Virus record (IMG/VR): IMGVR_UViG_3300029928_000041
Origin: a virus
Length of the DNA stretch: 22,688 nt
Direction: 5' to 3' (one strand)
Both the position numbers and the translations under genes were made by a program. Position 1 is the stretch's first letter. Every line of letters starts with the position of its first letter. The notes under the pieces were generated by a model. That model had not been told where the DNA came from, did not search any database, and was given only the letters and a program-made list of their open reading frames with translations. Positions 1-7,031 of this stretch are shown here, in pieces.

Positions 1-1
1 C

Positions 2-94
2 AGTCTCGCCACATTCCCTCTGACGCAGATGGAGCTGGAGGAGCTGCGCGGGATGCTGAATGCAGGCACGGAGCATGAGGAGGAAGAGGAATGA
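2..94 (+). CDS. 3' end of a hypothetical protein (partial; ...QMELEELRGMLNAGTEHEEEEE*)
   Basis: Open frame from the window edge ends in TGA at 92-94, overlapping the ATG of the next gene (ATGA). Confidence 0.5.
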   Translation, partial: SLATFPLTQMELEELRGMLNAGTEHEEEEE

Positions 95-405
95 ACGACG
101 ACATGGTATGCACCACACTCAAATACATCATGAATCAGGCGTTCGTGTGCATGGATGAGGAGGCGGATGCGCTCTTGAAGGAATCGGGCAGCGAGGCTTT
201 TACAGAGGCCGTGGCCGTTCATAAGAAGGATCTGGAAGGACTCATGAATCGCGTGAGCGATTTCTATATGTTCTCCGGCTCCGACTCCGACACGTGGGAC
301 TCGTGGACCGACGGGATCTCCGAGCAGGCGATGGAGCTGTTCGGCAGCATAAAGAAGACCGCGCTGGAACTGAAAGCGGAACAGGATCGGAAGGGAAAGG
401 AATGA
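91..405 (+). CDS. Hypothetical protein, 104 aa, acidic and helical
   Basis: GAGGA RBS, ATGA coupling at both ends, protein-like composition. Confidence 0.7.
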   Translation: MNDDMVCTTLKYIMNQAFVCMDEEADALLKESGSEAFTEAVAVHKKDLEGLMNRVSDFYMFSGSDSDTWDSWTDGISEQAMELFGSIKKTALELKAEQDRKGKE

Positions 406-623
406 GCAGGCGCACCAGATACGCTCCCCTGAGGTCCAGAAGGAAGATTCTCAGAGTGTTGGAATCAGGAGGAAGATGGACCCGCAGGGATATCGGCAGA
501 GCGGCGAATGTCAGCATACGCTATGTGGATTCCACGCTCCGCATCGCCAAATATCTGAAGGATGTGGATCTGAAGCATATGAAAGGCAGACCTGTCTACT
601 ACGAGATAGTAAAGAAAGACTGA
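402..623 (+). CDS. Small basic winged-helix DNA-binding protein, 73 aa
   Basis: The ATG at 402 overlaps the upstream TGA. ILRVLESGGRWTRRDIGRAANVSIRYVDSTL fits an HTH, and a wing-like GRPVYYEI follows. The start is corrected from the ORF track's 294. Confidence 0.65.
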   Translation: MSRRTRYAPLRSRRKILRVLESGGRWTRRDIGRAANVSIRYVDSTLRIAKYLKDVDLKHMKGRPVYYEIVKKD

Positions 624-626
624 CTC

Positions 627-646
627 TGCATTGCGTCAGCAATGCA
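627..646. promoter_or_regulatory. Perfect 8-bp inverted repeat (TGCATTGC-gtca-GCAATGCA), candidate operator
   Basis: Seen directly; lies immediately upstream of the A-rich BRE/TATA of the RHH gene. Confidence 0.4.
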
Positions 647-655
647 AAAAACCAC

Positions 656-663
656 TTATATAT
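656..663 (+). promoter_or_regulatory. Archaeal TATA box (TTATATAT) for a leaderless RHH transcript
   Basis: A-rich BRE-like run upstream; the box ends 23 nt before the ATG at 686. Confidence 0.6.
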
Positions 664-685
664 TCATATTGTATTACCGTATCTG

Positions 686-889
686 ATGAATAGCACTACA
701 TTATGCGTAAGGGTGGATGAATCGGACAAGGAGAGGTTCAAGACACTCGCTGATGAGCTCGGCATGAATATGACCACTGTCTGCAGGGTGTTGATAAAAC
801 GCTTCCTGGAGACCGACGGATTCATATTGAACAGGTCGCCTTCGAACAGGTGCGAGTCGGCGAACGACACAGAGGAGGGGTCGAGATGA
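686..889 (+). CDS. Ribbon-helix-helix protein (RelB/DinJ-like fold), 67 aa
   Basis: TTLCVRVDESDKERFKTLADELGMNMTTVCRVLIKRFLE follows the strand-helix-helix pattern; the ATG is correctly spaced from the TATA box. Confidence 0.7.
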   Translation: MNSTTLCVRVDESDKERFKTLADELGMNMTTVCRVLIKRFLETDGFILNRSPSNRCESANDTEEGSR

Positions 890-1257
890 TCACCCGCGCG
901 TGGACCGATGCGACCGCCGACGGGGAGATATGGATCTATCCTGTAGCCGACTGCAACGGAGTGTACTTGGAGATCAGGGCCGTATCCGACGGCAAGGCGA
1001 TCACATGGTCCGTGTCTCCGTCCGAAGCGGGAGTCCTGGTGTCTCTCCTCAAGGATGTGGCGGCCGAAGACGACCCTGCCGAGAAGAGCATCCCTGCAAA
1101 CCCTCCTGCGAGCACACAGGAGCCGTCTGAGCCTGAAAAGGATGAGGAACCCCAGTTGGATGTCTTCGTGCCTCAGCAGGGCTCGGAAGCCCCTAGAACG
1201 GGATTGTCAGGTCTTGGAGCCAAGATCGCAGACACATTCTCCAAATTGAGCGAATGA
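886..1257 (+). CDS. Hypothetical protein, 123 aa, with a Pro/Glu-rich disordered tail
   Basis: GAGGAGGGG RBS and ATGA overlap with the RHH stop. Confidence 0.7.
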   Translation: MITRAWTDATADGEIWIYPVADCNGVYLEIRAVSDGKAITWSVSPSEAGVLVSLLKDVAAEDDPAEKSIPANPPASTQEPSEPEKDEEPQLDVFVPQQGSEAPRTGLSGLGAKIADTFSKLSE

Positions 1258-1258
1258 T

Positions 1259-2353
1259 ATGAAAGGTACGAATAGGGTGTCGCCTCGCAATGCCGTATCT
1301 CCTCTGTATCAGAGTCCGATGTGGCATACGGGATGGCTGCCCGCGCTCTTCGATCAGAAATGGCTGAAGGACGTTCTTCTGGGGCGCGTCGTTTTCGAGG
1401 GGGAGGGCGAAGACGCATACGACCATGCACAGCTGCTCTACATCAAGGCGATGGAGGCGGTCTCGGATGCGATATATCTCACCGAAGATATCGTCATCAA
1501 ACCCGATTACGCCCCTGTTCCATGCACGTGGGGGTCGCTATGGACCGTGAGGCTGTTCCTGTACATCAGGGACAGATGCGTAGGCGCAGTAGATGATATG
1601 ACGTTGGAGAACGACGTCCTGACCGTCTATTCAGGATATGTGGCGTTGGCAATCGGCAGACCGAAGATGGAAGCATATGATGAAGATGGGAGTACGGATG
1701 ATGATGGAAGTGGACAAATCCTCGAAGGATTATCTGAGACTGAGGAACATATGGAGAGGGATCAAGAAAAGGACGACGAATCCCCGCTCCAAAGACTATC
1801 CGCATTACGGCGCAGTCGGAATACGGATGTGCAAGGAGTGGGAAGACTTCGAGGTATTCTACGAGTGGGCGATGTCCCATGGATACAGGGATGGTCTGAC
1901 TATCGACAGGGTGAACAACAACCAGGGATACAGGCCCGGGAATTGCCGCTGGGTGTCCCGCAAGGCGCAGGCGAACAACAGGACCTCGGGGAAGATGTAC
2001 ACCATCGACGGACATACCAAGTCCCTCGCACAGTGGTGCAGGATGTACGGCATCCCTCCATATGTAGCATGTCACAGAATGAACGACTATGGATGGAGCA
2101 TCGAGGACGCCCTCACCACGCCTGTGGGAGAGAAGAGAAAAAAGACACAGAGCGGGGAACGAAGAACGCCCGTAAACACGAAACCGGGCCGGGGTCAGGA
2201 GATAATCCCCTCTCCGCTCTGCAATTCTCGATATATCCGAAATGGTATAAAACAGATTCGCTCGGATGCGGAGGGGCGTTTCCGCCCCTCCTTCGGAAGC
2301 CCGAGAGGAATGGTAACACATGTAATGAGGGGAGTTTCCTCCCCTCGGTTTGA
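1259..2353 (+). CDS. Hypothetical protein; only about the first 145 aa (to ~1700) look genuinely coding, the rest is read-through across the HNH gene
   Basis: Starts 1 nt after the previous stop. The N-terminal part is globular-looking; downstream of 1700 the composition is shadow-frame-like. Confidence 0.5.
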   Translation: MKGTNRVSPRNAVSPLYQSPMWHTGWLPALFDQKWLKDVLLGRVVFEGEGEDAYDHAQLLYIKAMEAVSDAIYLTEDIVIKPDYAPVPCTWGSLWTVRLFLYIRDRCVGAVDDMTLENDVLTVYSGYVALAIGRPKMEAYDEDGSTDDDGSGQILEGLSETEEHMERDQEKDDESPLQRLSALRRSRNTDVQGVGRLRGILRVGDVPWIQGWSDYRQGEQQPGIQARELPLGVPQGAGEQQDLGEDVHHRRTYQVPRTVVQDVRHPSICSMSQNERLWMEHRGRPHHACGREEKKDTERGTKNARKHETGPGSGDNPLSALQFSIYPKWYKTDSLGCGGAFPPLLRKPERNGNTCNEGSFLPSV

Positions 2354-2579
2354 TCATGCGTCGTCGGCGAGACCGACGATCTTGCCATGCTGGATGAAGG
2401 AATCGATACGAGTCTCCATCCTCATGTGCAGCACGTTGAGCTCCTTCAGGGTCCTGGTGACTGCCGGGTTGTCGGCGGTGAAGAGCTCGATGGGAGTCAG
2501 CATGGACATCCAGATGTGGTCCAGATCGGCAAGGAAGATGTTTCCGAGCCTGGTCTTGGAGACCTTCTTCGTGGTGTAG
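1698..2579 (+). CDS. HNH-like (beta-beta-alpha metal) homing-endonuclease-family protein with a C-terminal HTH; the recognisable core spans 1698-2144
   Basis: Motifs RLRNIWRGIKKR..NP..KDY.HYG..GI..C.EW, TIDRVNNNQGYRPGNCRWVSRKAQANNR and IDGHTKSLAQW..GWSIEDALTTPV are typical of phage HNH-like proteins; GGAGT RBS before ATGATGATG. The canonical His is replaced by D-R, so nuclease activity is uncertain. The frame runs on abnormally to a TAG inside the MCP gene. Confidence 0.75.
   Translation: MMMEVDKSSKDYLRLRNIWRGIKKRTTNPRSKDYPHYGAVGIRMCKEWEDFEVFYEWAMSHGYRDGLTIDRVNNNQGYRPGNCRWVSRKAQANNRTSGKMYTIDGHTKSLAQWCRMYGIPPYVACHRMNDYGWSIEDALTTPVGEKRKKTQSGERRTPVNTKPGRGQEIIPSPLCNSRYIRNGIKQIRSDAEGRFRPSFGSPRGMVTHVMRGVSSPRFDHASSARPTILPCWMKESIRVSILMCSTLSSFRVLVTAGLSAVKSSMGVSMDIQMWSRSARKMFPSLVLETFFVV
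2138..2222 (-). ncRNA. Candidate small structured RNA (three-way junction) ending in an oligo-U tract
   Basis: The 5' and 3' ends pair (GCAGAGCGG/CCGCUCUGU), with internal stems GGGG/CCCC and GCCCG/CGGGC. A TATA box ends 23 nt upstream and T6 follows at 2143-2138. No known family recognised; strand not certain. Confidence 0.4.
2245..2252 (-). promoter_or_regulatory. Putative TATA box (TTTTATAC) for the candidate small RNA
   Basis: Same spacing to the predicted +1 as the leaderless promoters elsewhere in the window. Confidence 0.4.
2271..2290 (-). terminator. GAAA-tetraloop hairpin (GAGGGGCG-GAAA-CGCCCCTC)
   Basis: Perfect 8-9 bp stem downstream of MCP. Confidence 0.5.
2327..2346 (-). terminator. 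GAAA-tetraloop hairpin (GAGGGGAG-GAAA-CTCCCCTC) immediately after the MCP stop
   Basis: Perfect 8-bp stem 7 nt after the MCP TGA. Confidence 0.55.
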
Positions 2580-3649
2580 TCGAAGTTGGCGTTTCCGGAC
2601 TGGATGATGGGTATGTTGTTGTAGCTCTTCAGGGTGAGTCCCGCGTCCCTTCCGGGAATGGTCTTGACTCCGCCGAAGTCCCTCTGGACATAGACGGTGT
2701 TGAGGAGCCTCTGGTTGGCCTCCATCATAGCGCCGAGGAGATCCTGGGCGACATTGGACATGAAGAAGACCTTGTTGTTGGGGTTCCCGCTGTCGGCCCA
2801 GTTGACCTGGCAGGCCCTGTACAGGTCCCTCATGTGCTCCATCTTGAGAGCGGCTCCTGCGGCGTCGATGATGTTGGAATCCAGGTTGGATTCTCCGGTG
2901 GACCTCATGGTGTAGAAGTCTCCGTGTCCTGCAGTCCTTCCTCCATACGGAGAGACATCCTCTGCGGTGAGGGTGGCGGTTCCGATGGTCCTTCCGATCT
3001 CAGGGTGTCCGGAGATGATCCTGTCCAGTCCGTTCAGAGAGGTCTCGATTCCATCGAGGACGGGCTGCTTGACCTGAATGGGCCTCAGAAGGGTCTTGTC
3101 GGCAAGGTCGGTGTAGTTCCTGGAGATCTTGTCGAGATAGTCCTTCTTGGAGATGACATCATCCTTGTTCTCGACAGCTGCGAGATACATTCCGTAGTCG
3201 AAGGACAGAGGCAGTTCTTTGGACGGCTCCCTGTACTCGTTGAGGGGCATGGCGACGGAAGCAGGGATGTTTCCGTCAGGCAGGGTGGTTGCACCGAGTC
3301 CGATGAAGTCTCCCTCGGTCATTCCGAGCAGAGTGGCATCGGAGGCGGAGGCCAGTCCGTAGGTGGCGGCCTCGGTGGCGATACGAACTCCTTCCGTGGT
3401 GTACGGGCGGGCGCCTATCGCGGTGAATATATTGTCGTTCATGTACATCGCACAGGTGATGTACTTTCCGTAGATGGGGTTGAAGTAACCGTTGTTTCCA
3501 TCACCGTATCCGGCGTGGCCTGCGGACTTCATGAATTTTCCGACTGCCGCTCCATAGAAGTCCTCGATGAGGTCCTCCATGGCGAAGGGCTGCTCGGGGT
3601 AGGTGGTTCCGAGCTTCCCGTTCTGATTGATGAATTGTCCTGAACTCAT
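2354..3649 (-). CDS. Major capsid protein, HK97 fold, 431 aa
   Basis: Last gene of the protease-scaffold-MCP block. Motifs NPIYGK..RPYTTEGVRIAT, VKTIPGRDAGLTLKSYNNIPIIQS, GNIFLADLD and FIQHGKIVGL resemble archaeal (magrovirus/halovirus-type) MCPs as I recall them. Confidence 0.88.
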   Translation of the reverse strand: MSSGQFINQNGKLGTTYPEQPFAMEDLIEDFYGAAVGKFMKSAGHAGYGDGNNGYFNPIYGKYITCAMYMNDNIFTAIGARPYTTEGVRIATEAATYGLASASDATLLGMTEGDFIGLGATTLPDGNIPASVAMPLNEYREPSKELPLSFDYGMYLAAVENKDDVISKKDYLDKISRNYTDLADKTLLRPIQVKQPVLDGIETSLNGLDRIISGHPEIGRTIGTATLTAEDVSPYGGRTAGHGDFYTMRSTGESNLDSNIIDAAGAALKMEHMRDLYRACQVNWADSGNPNNKVFFMSNVAQDLLGAMMEANQRLLNTVYVQRDFGGVKTIPGRDAGLTLKSYNNIPIIQSGNANFDYTTKKVSKTRLGNIFLADLDHIWMSMLTPIELFTADNPAVTRTLKELNVLHMRMETRIDSFIQHGKIVGLADDA

Positions 3650-3658
3650 AGGATCGCC

Positions 3659-5623
3659 TTAGAAGCTGTCTTTTGCTTTAAAAACGTTATATCTGTCACA
3701 GTCGGCCAGGAGCATGTCCATGGGGTCCTGCCCGAACTTGAACGTGTGTTCGCTGGATTTGGCTACAGAGGAAGTTCCGTAGGTGGGCGTGGTGATGTCG
3801 CCGTTCACTGCGCACATGGTGCCGGGGCGCCCGCTCTTGGCGAATGCCATCATCTCCCTGAAGGACATGATGTGCTTGCCATTCTCTTCTGCAGTCTTGA
3901 CTACAGGCATGGTGACGGATGTCCTCTTGCCTGCTCCTTCTCCGCGCTCCATCGATGCGGAGGGGATCTCGACCTGCTTGGCTTCGCCGACATCCGACTT
4001 CTCGTCACCCGTGACCTCCTTGATCGGTTCTGCAGTGGCGATGGACGTCGGGTCCTGATGACCCTTCTGACCCGAGGGGATGCTCTCGGCGGTCTTCACA
4101 TCGTCGATAGGCGTCTTTCCCTCTTTGGATCCGCCGGTCAGGTCCATCTCAAGGATGCTCCTGGCGAGCCAGCTGTTGTCAGGGACCATGCTCTCGGACT
4201 TGGCGAAGTCGGTATCGACCTCACCCTCGGGGTGCATGATCTCCTCCTCGTCCACTGCCTTGGCGGCGCGGTCGTTGTACTGCTTGGCGATGGCGGTGTG
4301 TCCGTCGATGGGATCGAGGCTGTCGTACAGAAGAGCGGAGTCCATCATGCCTTTCATCATGGAGGAGAAGCTCGGTACGGACTTCACGAGTGTGTCCGTC
4401 GGGTCCTTCAGGAGTCCGTCGTCGGAATCCTGTTTGGCGGCTCCCTCGCTGAAGAGTGCGTTGGACGCTCCTTCGGAGCCTGCGCCCATGGCGCCCGCCT
4501 CCTTCTCGATGCTCTCGGTGTCTCCGCACTCGGCGGACTTCTTGATGTCGTCCTTCTCGTCGTCGGCTTTCTCCTCGGACTTGTCGTCCTTCTCCTCGGA
4601 CTTGTCTTCGGATTCGTCCTTCGACTCGCCTTCGGGAGCCTCTTCTGCGGTGATGTCGATCTCCGCGGCAGGTGCAGGCTCGGCCGCATCCGCATCGGTG
4701 ATGGCTTCATCCGCTTCGGGAACGGCTTCAGGTGCAGGCTCGGAGCCTCCGTTGGCCATAGCATCGAACTCGGACAGGAGCGCCTTGATCTTGTCGCCCA
4801 GCTTGCCCAGGGATGCGATGGCGGTGCTGTCTCCGCGGTCAACCGCGGATGCCAGGGCATCCTTCAGTCTGTTGTTGAAATCGGTCGTGAAATCCTCTCC
4901 GACCGCTGGTTCAGGAACCGACTCGGCTCCGAGCTCGGGTGCGCCCTCGATAGGCGCCTCTCCTTCGGGTGCGCCCTCTTCGGGAGTCGCCGCGGGCGTT
5001 CCCTCTCCCGAGGAGGCGCCGCCTGCTCCGCCCAGCCCGAGGGATGCCATCAGCTCATTGAACGCGGCATCGTCCTCGTCGGTCCATTCGTCATCTCCGT
5101 CGCCCTCGGGCGACGGCTCCTCCGCTGCTCCATCGACGCCCTGCACGGGTGCGGCGGCGTCCTCTGCCGCGGGAGGCACGGGACCCGCGCCTGCGTCCGC
5201 AGGCATCGGCCCTGCCCCTTCGCCTCCGGGAGGCATCTCGGGAGGCATCTCCGGAGGAAGTTCCTCTTTACCTGCCATTGCATCACCTGCCATATCATCC
5301 ATGCCGGTACCGTCGGAACCCGCGCCGGGCATACCGTCCATAGGCGGTGCGCCTCCCTCGGCTCCGTCCGCAGGCGGGAGTCCTCCTCCTTCTGCGGGCG
5401 GCACTCCGGGAGACGGCTCCTCCCCCATGGGAGCCGCGGCATTGGCGGTATCCACCGCCGCGTTGTCCCCCATGATGGACGGCACGATCTGCGCAGTGCG
5501 TGCCGCATCGATGCGGATCTCGTTCAGAGCCGCCAGCATTGTGTCCAGCTTCTCCGACAGCGAGGCCTTCTCGACACGTGCGGAGTCTTTGCAGAATTGC
5601 TCCCACGCTTCATCGGTGTCCAT
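3659..5623 (-). CDS. Putative capsid scaffolding protein, 654 aa, very acidic with a long disordered Ala/Glu/Pro/Gly/Asp-rich centre
   Basis: Lies between protease and MCP; N-terminal coiled coil, low-complexity repeats (MPPE, EPAPA, EDKSEEK) and many K-S/K-A sites. Confidence 0.7.
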   Translation of the reverse strand: MDTDEAWEQFCKDSARVEKASLSEKLDTMLAALNEIRIDAARTAQIVPSIMGDNAAVDTANAAAPMGEEPSPGVPPAEGGGLPPADGAEGGAPPMDGMPGAGSDGTGMDDMAGDAMAGKEELPPEMPPEMPPGGEGAGPMPADAGAGPVPPAAEDAAAPVQGVDGAAEEPSPEGDGDDEWTDEDDAAFNELMASLGLGGAGGASSGEGTPAATPEEGAPEGEAPIEGAPELGAESVPEPAVGEDFTTDFNNRLKDALASAVDRGDSTAIASLGKLGDKIKALLSEFDAMANGGSEPAPEAVPEADEAITDADAAEPAPAAEIDITAEEAPEGESKDESEDKSEEKDDKSEEKADDEKDDIKKSAECGDTESIEKEAGAMGAGSEGASNALFSEGAAKQDSDDGLLKDPTDTLVKSVPSFSSMMKGMMDSALLYDSLDPIDGHTAIAKQYNDRAAKAVDEEEIMHPEGEVDTDFAKSESMVPDNSWLARSILEMDLTGGSKEGKTPIDDVKTAESIPSGQKGHQDPTSIATAEPIKEVTGDEKSDVGEAKQVEIPSASMERGEGAGKRTSVTMPVVKTAEENGKHIMSFREMMAFAKSGRPGTMCAVNGDITTPTYGTSSVAKSSEHTFKFGQDPMDMLLADCDRYNVFKAKDSF

Positions 5624-5654
5624 AGTGTACCTGGAACTTGATAGTCTGTTCTGT

Positions 5655-5662
5655 TTTTATAA
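5655..5662 (-). promoter_or_regulatory. Putative TATA box (TTATAAAA) for a scaffold/MCP transcript
   Basis: Overlaps the upstream TAA and lies 32 nt before the scaffold ATG, which has a CAGGTA RBS. Confidence 0.4.
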
Positions 5663-6055
5663 TGTATCCCCGTTAACGCCTTTCCAACCCTCGGGAACGA
5701 TGGATATGCGAACGTTGAGGTCCACAGGATAGCGCCCGTATTCCAGCTCTCCGTATTCGTCGGTGTAGCTCATGACGACATCGAGCCATCCTGCGGGACG
5801 GGACCAGACGAAGCCTTTCATGCCGTCCAGGTCCTTTATCCCCATCCTTATCAGAGCTTCCACCGATTCGTAGGTGTAGTCCGCTTCGTTCTCGATATGG
5901 GCCTCCTGCGCATCGTCGGGAAGCTCTTCCGGCAGGTTGTCCGGCAGCACCGCGTACTCGGGAAGCACAGGTGCGACCGAATCGGCGAATTCCTCCCAGC
6001 GGAAGACGCCTTTGTAGTACCAGATCAGATCATATATCGGAGAGGTGCCATCCAT
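5657..6055 (-). CDS. Hypothetical acidic protein, ~132 aa (alternative start 6082)
   Basis: Protein-like ORF in the operon; GAGG precedes the ATG at 6055. Confidence 0.6.
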   Translation of the reverse strand: MDGTSPIYDLIWYYKGVFRWEEFADSVAPVLPEYAVLPDNLPEELPDDAQEAHIENEADYTYESVEALIRMGIKDLDGMKGFVWSRPAGWLDVVMSYTDEYGELEYGRYPVDLNVRISIVPEGWKGVNGDTL

Positions 6056-7031
6056 CGGCCTCGCGCTCCAGAAGCCCTGCATTGTACATGCGGTCGAAGT
6101 CCTCGCGGTCCATGCTCAGGATACGCCCCTCAGGGGTGATGCGTCCTGCATCGAACGCTTTCCTGAACTCACGCTCCACGACCTGCTCGCGGGGATACAG
6201 CCATGCTGTGCCGTTCCTCCACTCTCCGACCGCACCGATGCTCTTCATGAGAGGTACGGTCTTCCTGAACATCTCCTCGGAAAGCCCGGGAACCTCCACA
6301 TGGTCCGGCCTGGCGTGCGCCTCGATGCCTTTGTCGCGGAGGGCTTTCCTCAGGCCCAGCACAGGACACGTGCTGTAGTCGCGGTGCAATTCGTAGGAAT
6401 CCACTCCGAGGACGACATCCCCTGAGGACTTCTTCAGCCTGGCATTCTCATTGCACCATGTCATCTTGGCGTGCCTGTTCGACGGAACGCGACAGAGGGA
6501 GATCTCAAGAAGCTGCTTCACATTGCGTTTCACATAGCAGCCTTTGGAGTCGCAGCTGTAGCGTCCGGTGTCCGCCTCTCCTGCGATGCTCACATTGTTG
6601 AATCCCTTGATGAACGCCTTGCGGGCCGCGTCGTACACCTCGTCTCCGCCGAATATGTTGCCCCACATGCGGACCGCAGGCTTCCCTTCGATCTCGCACG
6701 GCTCGATGTCCCAGCAGGTTCCGACATTATAGTTCCCGTGGTTGTCCTGCAGGTTCCCGCCTGCACGGAGATAGTCATCCGCGTGCTTGACGATCGATTC
6801 CACGCCGATGACCTCTCCGTCCTTGTCCACATCCTCCACGGACGCGATAGCGCTGAAGGAGAAGCTGGACGGCAGGTCCTTGCATGCCTTCCATGCCTTC
6901 TTGCGAGCTTTCAGAACCTCTTCGTCCGTATGAGGATCGGCCTTGTTGTAGGCCTCCATCCATTTCTCGGAGTCCTCGTCATCCAGAGCCATACGGACCT
7001 GGGTCGGAAGCTCCCCTATGCTCGTGTACAT
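6030..7031 (-). CDS. Prohead maturation protease (HK97 gp4-like, His/Ser) with an N-terminal ChaB-like domain and a C-terminal extension, 333 aa
   Basis: IASVEDVDKDGEVI, LQDNHG (His), FNNVSIAG (Ser) and LLEISLCRVPSN match the protease family; the N-terminus YTSIGELPTQVRMALDDEDSEKWMEAYNKA matches ChaB; GGAGTG RBS before the ATG at 7031. Confidence 0.85.
   Translation of the reverse strand: MYTSIGELPTQVRMALDDEDSEKWMEAYNKADPHTDEEVLKARKKAWKACKDLPSSFSFSAIASVEDVDKDGEVIGVESIVKHADDYLRAGGNLQDNHGNYNVGTCWDIEPCEIEGKPAVRMWGNIFGGDEVYDAARKAFIKGFNNVSIAGEADTGRYSCDSKGCYVKRNVKQLLEISLCRVPSNRHAKMTWCNENARLKKSSGDVVLGVDSYELHRDYSTCPVLGLRKALRDKGIEAHARPDHVEVPGLSEEMFRKTVPLMKSIGAVGEWRNGTAWLYPREQVVEREFRKAFDAGRITPEGRILSMDREDFDRMYNAGLLEREADGWHLSDI

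Noticed and set aside
2147-2222. tRNA (including tRNA-Pyl) or hammerhead ribozyme
   Set aside because: No four-arm cloverleaf, T-loop or CCA, and no CUGANGA core.
2271-2346. Canonical CRISPR array
   Set aside because: Only two 20-nt units, shorter than CRISPR repeats and wholly palindromic, with no cas gene or leader. Kept only as a speculative finding.
1698-2350. Group I intron carrying the HNH gene
   Set aside because: No recognisable P7 R/S elements, and no plausible 3' exon for the 1259 gene.
1566-2357. - strand 263-aa ORF coupled by ATGA to the MCP stop
   Set aside because: It reads through two hairpins, a promoter and an oligo-T tract and lies antisense to the HNH gene; the sequence is not protein-like.
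2387-5732. Long + strand ORFs (2387..3643, 3746..5641, 4080..5732) opposite MCP and scaffold
   Set aside because: Antisense shadows of GC-rich coding genes, with no motifs or RBS and a biased composition.
7016-7018. Pyrrolysine read-through of the TAG ending the wHTH gene
   Set aside because: The extension is an out-of-frame shadow of the protease gene and stops after about 35 codons.
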